From Trueperaceae bacterium (GTDB lineage: Bacteria; Deinococcota; Deinococci; Deinococcales; Trueperaceae): DNA of 64,000 bases. Positions 37,500 to 46,107 of this stretch are shown one piece after another. The stretch's first letter is position 1. The number at the start of each line of letters is the position of its first letter. The stretch spans positions 1,376,001 through 1,440,000 of the forward strand of contig CBDCDZ010000004.1 of the NCBI GenBank assembly GCA_965215565.1, in the 5' to 3' direction. The notes beneath the pieces were generated by a model. It saw only the letters and a list, made by a program, of their open reading frames with translations. It did not search any database and had not been told where the DNA came from. The position numbers were made by a program, and so were the translations under genes.

Positions 37500-37601
37500 A
37501 ACGGGCCGACGCAGTTCGGTTATCACAGGTTCGATTCTTGTTGGACCCATACGCGGGTCCACGCCTATGGAGGCAAGCTCGAGCTGTCCCTCTTGCCCGT
37601 T
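37500..37601 (+). ncRNA. Y RNA-like unit Y7 (classical YrlA architecture)
   Basis: AACGGGC-C-GA/TT-GCCCGTT; T arm ACAGG-TTCGATT-CTTGT; TGGACCC/GGGTCCA; D-like GCCT-ATGG-AGGC. Confidence 0.85.
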
Positions 37602-37662
37602 TATCTTACGCGGATAGGTCGCTGAGTTCTTCTCAAATCCTTTCACCTGTTCGCTTTATAAA

Positions 37663-37776
37663 GGCAGCTTCTAAAGAATAACTGAGGCTGTATCAAGCAG
37701 GCATCATCTTTTGAGCGTGCGTGCTAACTGATGTTCTTTTCGGTGAGCGCGTTTGTGACCAGATGCTACCTGCTTG
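37663..37776 (+). repeat. Conserved structured element, copy C (rsr leader)
   Basis: ACTGAG-N10-GCAGGCATCATC..GTGCGTGCTA..GGTGA..ACCAGATGCTACCTGC; closing stem CAAGCAGG/CCTGCTTG abuts the rsr RBS. Confidence 0.72.
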
Positions 37777-37792
37777 AGGGAGGTGCTCAACG

Positions 37793-39385
37793 ATGCAAAA
37801 GTTCCATAAGCTCTTCTCACCCACCAAGACGGCGCAAAACCGTCCGCTGGATAGGTCGCAAATCAAGAATAGCGCGGGCGGGTACGTCTGGGCGCTGGAC
37901 CCGTGGAAGAGGCTCGAGCGCTTCCTCATCTTGGGGACGGAGGGCGGCACCTTTTACGTCCGCGAAGCGCCTCTTACGGTAGAGAACGCTGAAAACGTCG
38001 TCAAGCTCCTCACGGAAGATGGTGTCCGCGTCGTCGAGCGAGTCGTAGAGGTCAGCACGCAAGGTCGCGCCCACAAGAATGACCCGGCGCTCTTCGCCCT
38101 GGCGCTCGCGTTCACGGTAGGTGACGTGGACACAAAGCGTGCGGCGGAAGCGGCGCTGCCTAAGGTGGCGCGTACCGGCACGCACCTCTTCACCCTCATG
38201 ACCTACGTGAGCGAGATGCGCGGTTGGGGTCGTGTGCTGCGCCGTGCGGTGGCGGGTTGGTACGCCACTAGGGACGTGCAAGCCCTCGCGTACGGCGTGA
38301 CCAAGTACGCTCAGCGCGGCGGCTGGACGCACCGAGACGCCCTGCGTTTGGCGCACCCTAAGACGGATGACGCCGAGCGTGACGCGCTGTACCGTTACGT
38401 CACGGGGCACGGCGACAAGCTGAAGGAGGTGAGCGGCGAATGGGTTGACTACTTAAAGGCAGTCGAAGCAGTGAAGACCGAAACGGACGTGCAAGCGGTC
38501 GTGGACGCCATCACGCGCTACAACTTGCCGAGAGAGGTCATCCCCACCGAGATGCTCCGCAAGAGCGAAGTCTGGTCAGCGCTCCTGGCGCGTATGCCTA
38601 TGACTGCGACGATTCGCAACCTCGCGACGATGACCCGCGTCGGCTTGCTCACATCCATGAGTGAAGCTGCGGACGTTGTGACAGAGCGCATCACGGACGA
38701 AAAGGCGCTCCGCAAGACAAGGGTCCACCCCATCGCCATCCTCGCCGCGCTGATGACCTATAGCGCAGGGCGCGGCGCAAGAGGTAAGGGAACGTGGGAG
38801 CCCGTGCAAGAGGTTGTGAACGCACTCGACACCGCGTTCTACCGTTCGTTTGAGAACGTCGTGCCGATGGGCAAGCGCATCCTCATGGGGCTGGACGTAT
38901 CCGGCTCGATGACCTGGGGTGAAGTGGGTGGCGTACCCGGTCTGACGCCCCGCGTTGCAAGCGCTGCGCTCGCGCTGGTCACGGCGGCGACTGAACCTAA
39001 GCACACATTCATGGCGTTCTCGCATGAACTCGTGCCCGTCAAGATTTCGCCGCGTCAACGGCTGGACGACGTGGTGAAGCAACTGGACAGGATGCCTTTC
39101 GGCGGGACGGACGCCTCGCTGCCGATGCTTTACGCGGCGCAGAAGGGGCTCGAGGTTGACGCCTTCGTCGTCTTGACCGACAGCGAGACTTGGTTCGGCA
39201 AGCAGCACCCTGCCGAAGCGTTGCTCGAGTACCGCCGCAAGACGGGCATCCCTGCCAAGCTCATCGTCGTCGGGATGCTTGGCAACCGTTTCACGATTGC
39301 GGACCCGTTTGATGCTGGCATGTTGGACGTGGTCGGGTTCAGCACGGATATACCCACAGTTATTGCGGATTTCATTCGCAAATAG
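37793..39385 (+). CDS. rsr: Ro60 ortholog (TROVE + vWA domain Y RNA-binding protein)
   Basis: NSAGGYVW, RLERFLILGTEGGTFY, GWGR, RGGWTHRDALRLAHPK, MPMTATIRNL, MIDAS DVSGSM, GGTD, TDSET, DAGMLDVVGF. Confidence 0.97.
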   Translation: MQKFHKLFSPTKTAQNRPLDRSQIKNSAGGYVWALDPWKRLERFLILGTEGGTFYVREAPLTVENAENVVKLLTEDGVRVVERVVEVSTQGRAHKNDPALFALALAFTVGDVDTKRAAEAALPKVARTGTHLFTLMTYVSEMRGWGRVLRRAVAGWYATRDVQALAYGVTKYAQRGGWTHRDALRLAHPKTDDAERDALYRYVTGHGDKLKEVSGEWVDYLKAVEAVKTETDVQAVVDAITRYNLPREVIPTEMLRKSEVWSALLARMPMTATIRNLATMTRVGLLTSMSEAADVVTERITDEKALRKTRVHPIAILAALMTYSAGRGARGKGTWEPVQEVVNALDTAFYRSFENVVPMGKRILMGLDVSGSMTWGEVGGVPGLTPRVASAALALVTAATEPKHTFMAFSHELVPVKISPRQRLDDVVKQLDRMPFGGTDASLPMLYAAQKGLEVDAFVVLTDSETWFGKQHPAEALLEYRRKTGIPAKLIVVGMLGNRFTIADPFDAGMLDVVGFSTDIPTVIADFIRK

Positions 39386-39404
39386 ACCATCAAGCCCTAC
39401 GCTT

Positions 39405-39437
39405 TGGATGGAGGTTTCGAAGTAAAGCCTCCATCCA
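39405..39437 (+). other. Intercistronic hairpin between rsr and rtcB
   Basis: TGGATGGAGGTTT/AAGCCTCCATCCA stem without a U-tract. Confidence 0.6.
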
Positions 39438-39533
39438 CTAGAAAACAGGAGTAATGAAACACCTCTTGAATTCGGAGTCTTTCATTCCAAACTCTACGAA
39501 CCTCTTTCAAACTGTGAATGAAAAGGGTCAGTC

Positions 39534-40751
39534 ATGATGCAAGTAGATAGCATTTCTGTCTTCGGTCAACACGACGAAAAGACGTTGAAGCAGCTTAAAG
39601 ATGTAGCGACGAGGGCTGAGAAAGTCGCCCTCATGTCAGACGGACACTTGGGCTACATCATGCCCATCGGCGGCGTTGCAGCGTACGACAATAAGGTGTC
39701 TGTCGCAGGAATTGGATTTGATATCGCGTGCGGCAATGCCGCGATTAAAACGGATTTGACCCTGGGGCAACTCGAGCCCAACCTCACCGCGCTAGCCGAC
39801 GAAATCGCTGAGGTCATCTCCTTTGGCGTCGGACGCAAAAACACCTCAGATGACGCATCTGTAAACGATCCCCTTTTTGAGGACGCTGCTTGGGAAATAG
39901 TTCCAACGAAGAAGGGCGTGCGCCAGCGTCTCTTGAACAAGGCGCGTAACCAGCTTGGCACGGTAGGCTCGGGCAATCACTATGTGGACGTCTTTGCAGA
40001 CGAGGAAGGCGTGATTTGGGTTGGGGTGCACTTCGGCTCTCGCGGCTTCGGTCACACTATCGCCTCCACCTTCATGGCACTTCATCAGGGCGGCACCTGG
40101 AGCGATAAGGGTAAAGAAACCGAGGCACTTCTCAGCTTGGACGACGAGTTGGGCAAGGATTACTGGGCGCTCATGACGCTCGCGGGGCGCTACGCTTACG
40201 TCGGGCGCGAGTGGGTCGCGCGCAAGGTCGTGGAGATTTTGGGCGGGACGGAAAGAGAACTCGTCCACAACCACCACAATTACGCTTGGAAAGAGGTGCA
40301 TGACGAGCGTGAACTGGTTGTGGTGCGCAAAGGGGCGACGCCTGCGTTTCCCGGACAGAAGGGTTTCGTCGGCGGCAGCATGGGCGATGACGCTGTCATC
40401 TTACAAGGCCGAACGGATGCAGATGACGGGACAAAAGCCAAACAAGAAGCCGCCCTCTACTCCACCGTGCACGGCGCAGGTCGCGTGATGAGCCGCACGC
40501 GGGCGGCGGGTAAATGGGACTATAAGCGTAAGGTCCGCAAGACCGAAGGGCTGATTTCGCAAGCGATGATGAAGGCGTGGCTCGCCGAAAAAGAGGTCAT
40601 CTTGCGCGGCGGCGGCTTGGACGAAGCGCCGCAAGCCTACCGCCGTTTGCCTGACGTATTGGCGTCGCAGGGCGCGACTGTGGAGGTCTTACATACGCTC
40701 ACGCCGCTCATCGTGGTGATGGCGGGGGCGAATGAGTTTGACCCATATTAA
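39534..40751 (+). CDS. rtcB: RtcB family RNA ligase
   Basis: DGHLGY-MPIGG, GFDIACG, QLGTVGSGNHY, HFGSRG, HNHHN, RKGATPA, HGAGR, DEAPQAY. Confidence 0.96.
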   Translation: MMQVDSISVFGQHDEKTLKQLKDVATRAEKVALMSDGHLGYIMPIGGVAAYDNKVSVAGIGFDIACGNAAIKTDLTLGQLEPNLTALADEIAEVISFGVGRKNTSDDASVNDPLFEDAAWEIVPTKKGVRQRLLNKARNQLGTVGSGNHYVDVFADEEGVIWVGVHFGSRGFGHTIASTFMALHQGGTWSDKGKETEALLSLDDELGKDYWALMTLAGRYAYVGREWVARKVVEILGGTERELVHNHHNYAWKEVHDERELVVVRKGATPAFPGQKGFVGGSMGDDAVILQGRTDADDGTKAKQEAALYSTVHGAGRVMSRTRAAGKWDYKRKVRKTEGLISQAMMKAWLAEKEVILRGGGLDEAPQAYRRLPDVLASQGATVEVLHTLTPLIVVMAGANEFDPY

Positions 40752-40766
40752 GGATTAGGTAGAGAT

Positions 40767-40793
40767 AGAGGCTTCCCAAGAGAAGCCTCTTTT
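40767..40793 (+). terminator. Rho-independent terminator after rtcB
   Basis: AGAGGCTTC/GAAGCCTCT followed by a T-run. Confidence 0.75.
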
Positions 40794-40917
40794 CACTCTA
40801 TCCGCTCGGTGCGTTGACGCGCCGTTCTGACCCTGTTTTATCACCCCAGACCGCCAAAACCGACTTCCCTTACGCGGATGAGGCGCACCGCGTTATACTC
40901 GAGACCACCTGACACCT

Positions 40918-41886
40918 ATGACCCGACGCGACGCGCCACCTAAACCCAACGACTTAGCCCTCCTCATCGAAGTCGCGCTGCTCTACTACGAAGAGGGGCG
41001 CACCCAAGCCGATATCGGGCGGCGCATCGGCACCTCGCGCTCGACGGTCTCGAGGCTCTTACAAGAGGCGCGGGCGCGGGGCGTCGTGCAGATTTGGGTT
41101 GACTATAGCCTAGCGCGGGACAGCCTCTTGGAACGGGAACTCAAGACGCGCTTTTCACTTAAAGAGGTGCGCGTGCTGCGCAGCTTCGGGCGCTCGGAGG
41201 ATGAGGTTATCGGCGGGCTAGGGCAACTCGCGGCGAGCTATTTAGATGAGGTCATTCGTGACGGAATGACCATAGGCGTCTCGTACGGGCGTTCGGTGGC
41301 GAGCGTGGTGCAGCGGGTGAAGCCCAAAAACCTCGCCGACTTAGTCGTGCTTCAAGTCATCGGCGCGTTGGGCTCGGGCAACCCTCTCCAAGACGGGCCC
41401 GACTTGGCGCGGCAACTCGCGAACCTCTACGGCGGAACGTACCGCTACCTCCACGCACCTCTCATGGTCGAAAGCGCGCGGACGCGCACGCTGTTGTCGC
41501 AAGAACCGCTCGTCAAAGACCTCTTGCAGACCGCCCGCCGAGCGGACGTGATCTTGATGGGCGTGAGCCCTTTGACGCCCGATACGGCCGGGCTTATCTT
41601 TACGGATTATCTGAGCAAGGCGGACCGCGAGCAGCTCTACGTAAGCGGCACAGTCGGTCACATGTGCGCTCAGTTTTTTGACGCGGACGGTCAACTTACA
41701 AGCACGCCTTTTAATGAGCGAGCCATCACGGTTGGACTAGAAACCTTGAAAGATGTGCGTGAAGTCGTCACGGTCGCGGGCGGCGCGGAGAAGGCGCAGG
41801 CCATCTCTGGCGCGCTGCGCGGCGGCTACACGGACGTACTCGTGACGGACGACGCGGCGGCGCACGCCGTTTTAGAACGGTTGTAA
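40918..41886 (+). CDS. SorC/DeoR-type sugar-binding transcriptional regulator
   Basis: LYYEEGRTQADIG..SRSTVSRLL..ARARGVV; GGAEKAQAI..LVTD. Confidence 0.93.
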   Translation: MTRRDAPPKPNDLALLIEVALLYYEEGRTQADIGRRIGTSRSTVSRLLQEARARGVVQIWVDYSLARDSLLERELKTRFSLKEVRVLRSFGRSEDEVIGGLGQLAASYLDEVIRDGMTIGVSYGRSVASVVQRVKPKNLADLVVLQVIGALGSGNPLQDGPDLARQLANLYGGTYRYLHAPLMVESARTRTLLSQEPLVKDLLQTARRADVILMGVSPLTPDTAGLIFTDYLSKADREQLYVSGTVGHMCAQFFDADGQLTSTPFNERAITVGLETLKDVREVVTVAGGAEKAQAISGALRGGYTDVLVTDDAAAHAVLERL

Positions 41887-41945
41887 AGTCTCGAGTCCGG
41901 CAGGCAAGTAAGAGGATCGGGGGAGTAGCGAGGAAAAGACAATTG

Positions 41946-42096
41946 GAAGCATAGGTTAGAGTGAAGCTCAAGGGCTTTACAGGTTAGAGCAAAGCTCTAT
42001 AGGCTCTTAGCCTTCACCTGTTCAGCGATCACCTGTGCCTTTACCTAGCGAGCAATGAGTTGAAAGTAAAAGCCCAAAGCTTTTCACTCATTGCTC
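41946..42096. repeat. Intergenic nested-palindrome repeat, copy 2
   Basis: 19-nt exact match ACAGGTTAGAGCAAAGCTC with 20458-20476; GAGCAATGAGT/ACTCATTGCTC hairpin. Confidence 0.8.
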
Positions 42097-42138
42097 TTCT
42101 TAACCTTGACTCTCGAGCCCGCCGAACTTACGCCCCAC

Positions 42139-42516
42139 CTACCGCAAAATATACGAACTCAGCACCCTGTAAACATCGTGAACGTTCTTGTCCTTGCGAA
42201 AGGCGAACGCGGTGGGCTCGGCTTCGCCGCGAATCCAGAGTTTGACCTCCGCCTCCATGTCGAAGCGTCCTTTGCTCTCTTTGGAGAACTTGGTGATGCT
42301 CGCGTACGGCACCGATAAAAATTCCCGCTTTTTGCCCGTCGCCCCCTGCTTGTCCACCATCACCAAGCGCCGGTTCGTGAAGACCAAGAGGTCGCGCACC
42401 AGTCTGTAAGCGTGCTCGATGCGCTCGCCCTCCACCAGGATGAGCGAGAAGTCCTTCTCCAATTTGTCTGTGTCCACCTCGGATGCGTTGCCGAGTAGTC
42501 CGCTAAAAAGTCCCAT
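42139..42516 (-). CDS. Bacterial PH domain protein
   Basis: MGLFSGLLGNASE, RDLLVFTNRRLVMVDKQGATGKK. Confidence 0.88.
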   Translation of the reverse strand: MGLFSGLLGNASEVDTDKLEKDFSLILVEGERIEHAYRLVRDLLVFTNRRLVMVDKQGATGKKREFLSVPYASITKFSKESKGRFDMEAEVKLWIRGEAEPTAFAFRKDKNVHDVYRVLSSYILR

Positions 42517-42898
42517 AGTGCCTCCCGTTTAAGTGTACCTCTTCGGACGAGTGTTGCCCTCGACTTGCGCCCGCGTCCTCGAGCACCAGCGTCAGCGCGG
42601 GCAAGAGGTAGAGCGAGCCCAAGGTAAAGAGGATGAAGGGGCGCGAGAAGATGACCTTACTCAAGCTCGGGGGCGACAAGAGGTCGAGGACGTTGGTGCT
42701 AGCTAATGCGTAGGCAAAAACAACGAGGGAGACTGCACTTAGCAGCGCGAAAAACCAAGCGAGGTGCAGCGTGGCGAGAATCTTTGTGGGGCGTTTGGCA
42801 GGTGAGCCCCAAACGTGGCGCAGAGCGGCGAGTAAAGACGCGGCCAAACTTCCTGCGAATAAGAGCGTCAGCGTGTGAACGAGCGCGAGTCCTGTCAT
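42503..42898 (-). CDS. Hypothetical membrane protein
   Basis: Hydrophobic ORF within the operon; RBS GGAGAGG. Confidence 0.6.
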   Translation of the reverse strand: MTGLALVHTLTLLFAGSLAASLLAALRHVWGSPAKRPTKILATLHLAWFFALLSAVSLVVFAYALASTNVLDLLSPPSLSKVIFSRPFILFTLGSLYLLPALTLVLEDAGASRGQHSSEEVHLNGRHYGTF

Positions 42899-42945
42899 CA
42901 ACCTCTCCTCTGCCCCTCCCGTCGGCATGAAGATTCGCGTGCAGG

Positions 42946-43683
42946 TCAAGGCGCGTTCGGCGCGGCAGGTTCTGAGTGCACTTCGGGGGACTTCTTCAAG
43001 TCGACCTCTCTAGCAGCTTCAACATTTTGAACGGGTTGACTCGGCTCGCTCTGAAGGGGGCTCGAGGACGCCGCGTCAGAGTTCGAGGAAAGCGCTTTAG
43101 GATTCGCGAAGAGGTACACCCCGCCGCCGATGAGTAGAAGCGGTAGGAGCGAGCCGCCGATGACGTTCGTCGTTAGAAGGGCGATGACGAGCGCGACGAT
43201 GGCCGGGTAGACCGCCCACGCTTTCCCTAAGCGCATGAGGGTGCCGAACGTCGCCGCGAAGCCTAAGAAGAGGAGCGGCGCTGTGCCCAAGAGGGTGCCG
43301 CCAAAGCCAACTGCGACTGCGGTAGAGAAGAAGAGTCCGGCGGGCAACACCGCCCACCACCTTTTCCTGTCAGATGTCTCGTCGCGCCAATAGAGCGCGA
43401 AAAAGCCCAAACCGATGAGGGCCAAAACGGCGGTGCCGCTCGAGAACGCCACGAGCGCCGCCCCGAAGAGCCCCAACCCCAAGACGAGCGCCCAGACCTC
43501 GTTAGAGTCGCGCAAGTAGCGTCGGCTCAGATAGACGCCGCCTGCGATGAGCAGCAGCGCCCGCACCGCCGAGGAGAGTCCGCCAAAAATTGCGCCGGGC
43601 AGTCCGTCGCTAGACAGCAGCGCCAACACGCCCAAGATGATGAGCGCCCAAGCGATAGGTTGTTCTTTCCGGTCTATGTTCAT
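42946..43683 (-). CDS. Multi-pass membrane protein
   Basis: Multiple TM segments; WWAVLPAG and PLLFLGFAATF shared with 46104-46700. Confidence 0.75.
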   Translation of the reverse strand: MNIDRKEQPIAWALIILGVLALLSSDGLPGAIFGGLSSAVRALLLIAGGVYLSRRYLRDSNEVWALVLGLGLFGAALVAFSSGTAVLALIGLGFFALYWRDETSDRKRWWAVLPAGLFFSTAVAVGFGGTLLGTAPLLFLGFAATFGTLMRLGKAWAVYPAIVALVIALLTTNVIGGSLLPLLLIGGGVYLFANPKALSSNSDAASSSPLQSEPSQPVQNVEAAREVDLKKSPEVHSEPAAPNAP

Positions 43684-43853
43684 ATCCAACCTCCGTAAAG
43701 TGAGCTTTAGCGTAGAGCGCACGCCTCTGCCAAACATCGGCGAAAGGGTAGGAACGCTGCTCCACCTTTTGATGGAAGAGCAGCGCCGCTACGGACGGTA
43801 GAGTAAACGAGGGGGCGTGTAAGTTTATGGAACGGGTGAGAGTTGTGGAAGAC

Positions 43854-44516
43854 ATGACGTCAGCGACTGAAACGCAAAAGCGCGTGCGCTTACTCTTAGT
43901 GGATGACCATAAAGTCGTGCGGCAGGGGCTCAAGATGGTGCTCTCGTTGGAAGCGGGTTTAGAGGTCATCGGCGAAGCTGCCAACGGTCAAGAGGCGCTC
44001 TCTCAAGTCGCCGCCTTGTCACCCCAAGTTGTACTGATGGACTTACTGATGCCTGTGATGAACGGCGTCAGCGCGATTCGCGCCATCAAGAAGGACTACC
44101 CCGAAACCGAAGTCGTCGCGCTGACGAGCGTGTTAGAAGACCGCTTGGTCATTGACGCAGTCGAGGCGGGCGCGGCGGGTTACTTGCTCAAGGAGAGCGG
44201 ACCCGAGGAGCTGATCGAGGCGATCTTTGCCGCCGCTAAAGGAGAGGTGCGCCTCCACCCGAAAGCGCAAAAGCGCCTTCTCCAAGAGGTGCGCACGCCC
44301 GAGATGCGCGAGGCGCTGACCGCCCGCGAGACCGCCACACTCCGCCTCGTCGCCAAAGGTCACGCGAACAAGGAGATTGCCGAAGAACTCGGTATTTCCG
44401 AGGTGACGGTCAAGACGTACGTCTCGAGCATCTTGTCCAAACTCAACCTCTCGAGCCGCACCCAAGCCGCCCTGTTCGCCCTCAAAGAAGGACTCGTCGG
44501 GCTCGAGGGTGGCTAA
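43854..44516 (+). CDS. NarL/LiaR family response regulator
   Basis: VDDH, MDLLMP, LuxR HTH. Confidence 0.94.
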   Translation: MTSATETQKRVRLLLVDDHKVVRQGLKMVLSLEAGLEVIGEAANGQEALSQVAALSPQVVLMDLLMPVMNGVSAIRAIKKDYPETEVVALTSVLEDRLVIDAVEAGAAGYLLKESGPEELIEAIFAAAKGEVRLHPKAQKRLLQEVRTPEMREALTARETATLRLVAKGHANKEIAEELGISEVTVKTYVSSILSKLNLSSRTQAALFALKEGLVGLEGG

Positions 44517-44523
44517 GGTCTAA

Positions 44524-46107
44524 ATGGACATCCCCTTCTGGAGCCGCCTCAGCACGCGCTTGACGCTGCTCATTTTAGCCATCGTCTTGGTGCTTGCCAC
44601 CGCGACGGGTATCCTGGTGAGCCGGGGATTTTCGCTCTTAGACGCCTCGACGCTGGCGCAATCGGAAACGCAGGGAGCAACCTCACAAGCAGGCTCAACC
44701 CCTCCTAACCCGGAAGTGGATAACCCAGAACGCGCCCCCGAGTTGAGCAACCCCGAACTGAGCGATATCGTGCGCGGCACCGTCATCAACCTCATCGCCG
44801 TCTTTCTCCTGACCTTAGTCGGCGCAACCGTCTTTAGCCGCAGCCTCCTCACCGAGCCCATCACCTCGCTGACCAGAGCGACGCAAGAGGTGGCGGCGGG
44901 TCACTTGGGCGTGACGCTGGACGTGAGCACGAAGGGTGAGCTTGGGCTCTTGGCGAGCACCTTTAACCAGATGTCTTTGAGCTTAGAGGCGCGAACCCGT
45001 GACCTCTTGCGCGCGAATGAGGCACTCCGTGAGAGCGAGGCGCGCCTCGAGGGGCGCGTGTTGGAGCGCACCGCCGAACTCACCTCTTTACTTGAACTCT
45101 CCAACGCCACCGCCCTCACGACGGAAGATATGCCCCTTTTAGAGCGGATTTTCGACAGGCTCTTCGAGCTTGTACCTTATCAAAGCGCCGCCCTCTTTCG
45201 GCGCATACAAGGGGAAGTTGCGCTCGTATTAGCAAGAGGTGAAAAGCTCCACGGGCTCGAGCTGAGCGGCGTCCTCACGCAGAAAACGCCGCAGCGCTAC
45301 GCCGAGGGGGAATACACGCGGCGCGTCCTGCCGCTCATCGTCCGCGACAAAGCGGTGGGGGCGTTGGTGCTCGAGCACACTGGCACGCTCACCGAGGACA
45401 AACTTCGCCTCATCGCCGCTTTTGCCAACCAAGCGGGCGTGACGCTGGAAAACATCCGGCTGTATGAACAAGTTCAAGAGCGCGCCGCCTTCGAAGAGCG
45501 GCAGCACTTAGCCCGAGAACTCCACGATTCGGTCTCGCAAGCGCTCTACAGCATCGTCTTGGGGACGCACGCCGCGCGCAAACAACTCTCGCAACCCGAA
45601 AGGGCGGGCGCAGCGCTCGAGTACGTCCAACACCTCTCCGAAGCCGCCTTAGCCGAGATGCGGGCGCTGATCTTCGAACTGCGCCCCGACATTTTAGAGC
45701 GCGAAGGTTTAGCGGCTGCTTTGCGCAAACAGGTGGAAGCCCTGGAGGTGCGTCATGACCTTCAGGCCGAATATACCGAAGAGGGCGAACCCGATGTGAC
45801 CTTCACCGCTAAGCAAGCCCTCTACCGCATCGCGCAAGAGGTCATCCACAACATCACCAAGCACGCGGACGCCGCGAACGTGCGCGTCAACCTCTCGCAG
45901 ACGAGTGAGCGGGTCAAGCTCGAGGTACAAGATGACGGCGTCGGCTTCGACGTGCAGGACTTTCCCGGTCACTTAGGGCTCAAGTCGATGCGCGAGCGCA
46001 GCACCTCTTTGGGCGGAACGTTTGACGTGGAGAGTGCGCCGGGTCAAGGCGCGAGGGTCACAGTTGAGATTCCTAAAAGACCGAACGCAGCAGGGAAACG
46101 CGCGTGA
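44524..46107 (+). CDS. HAMP/GAF sensor histidine kinase (HisKA_3)
   Basis: ERQHLARELHDSVSQ, DDGVGF, GLKSMRER. Confidence 0.94.
   Translation: MDIPFWSRLSTRLTLLILAIVLVLATATGILVSRGFSLLDASTLAQSETQGATSQAGSTPPNPEVDNPERAPELSNPELSDIVRGTVINLIAVFLLTLVGATVFSRSLLTEPITSLTRATQEVAAGHLGVTLDVSTKGELGLLASTFNQMSLSLEARTRDLLRANEALRESEARLEGRVLERTAELTSLLELSNATALTTEDMPLLERIFDRLFELVPYQSAALFRRIQGEVALVLARGEKLHGLELSGVLTQKTPQRYAEGEYTRRVLPLIVRDKAVGALVLEHTGTLTEDKLRLIAAFANQAGVTLENIRLYEQVQERAAFEERQHLARELHDSVSQALYSIVLGTHAARKQLSQPERAGAALEYVQHLSEAALAEMRALIFELRPDILEREGLAAALRKQVEALEVRHDLQAEYTEEGEPDVTFTAKQALYRIAQEVIHNITKHADAANVRVNLSQTSERVKLEVQDDGVGFDVQDFPGHLGLKSMRERSTSLGGTFDVESAPGQGARVTVEIPKRPNAAGKRA

Noticed and set aside
35693..37601. 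CRISPR array interpretation of the recurring CCGAAG..GTTATC motif
   Set aside because: The repeats are degenerate, spacing is irregular, the intervening sequence is structured RNA, and no cas genes are present
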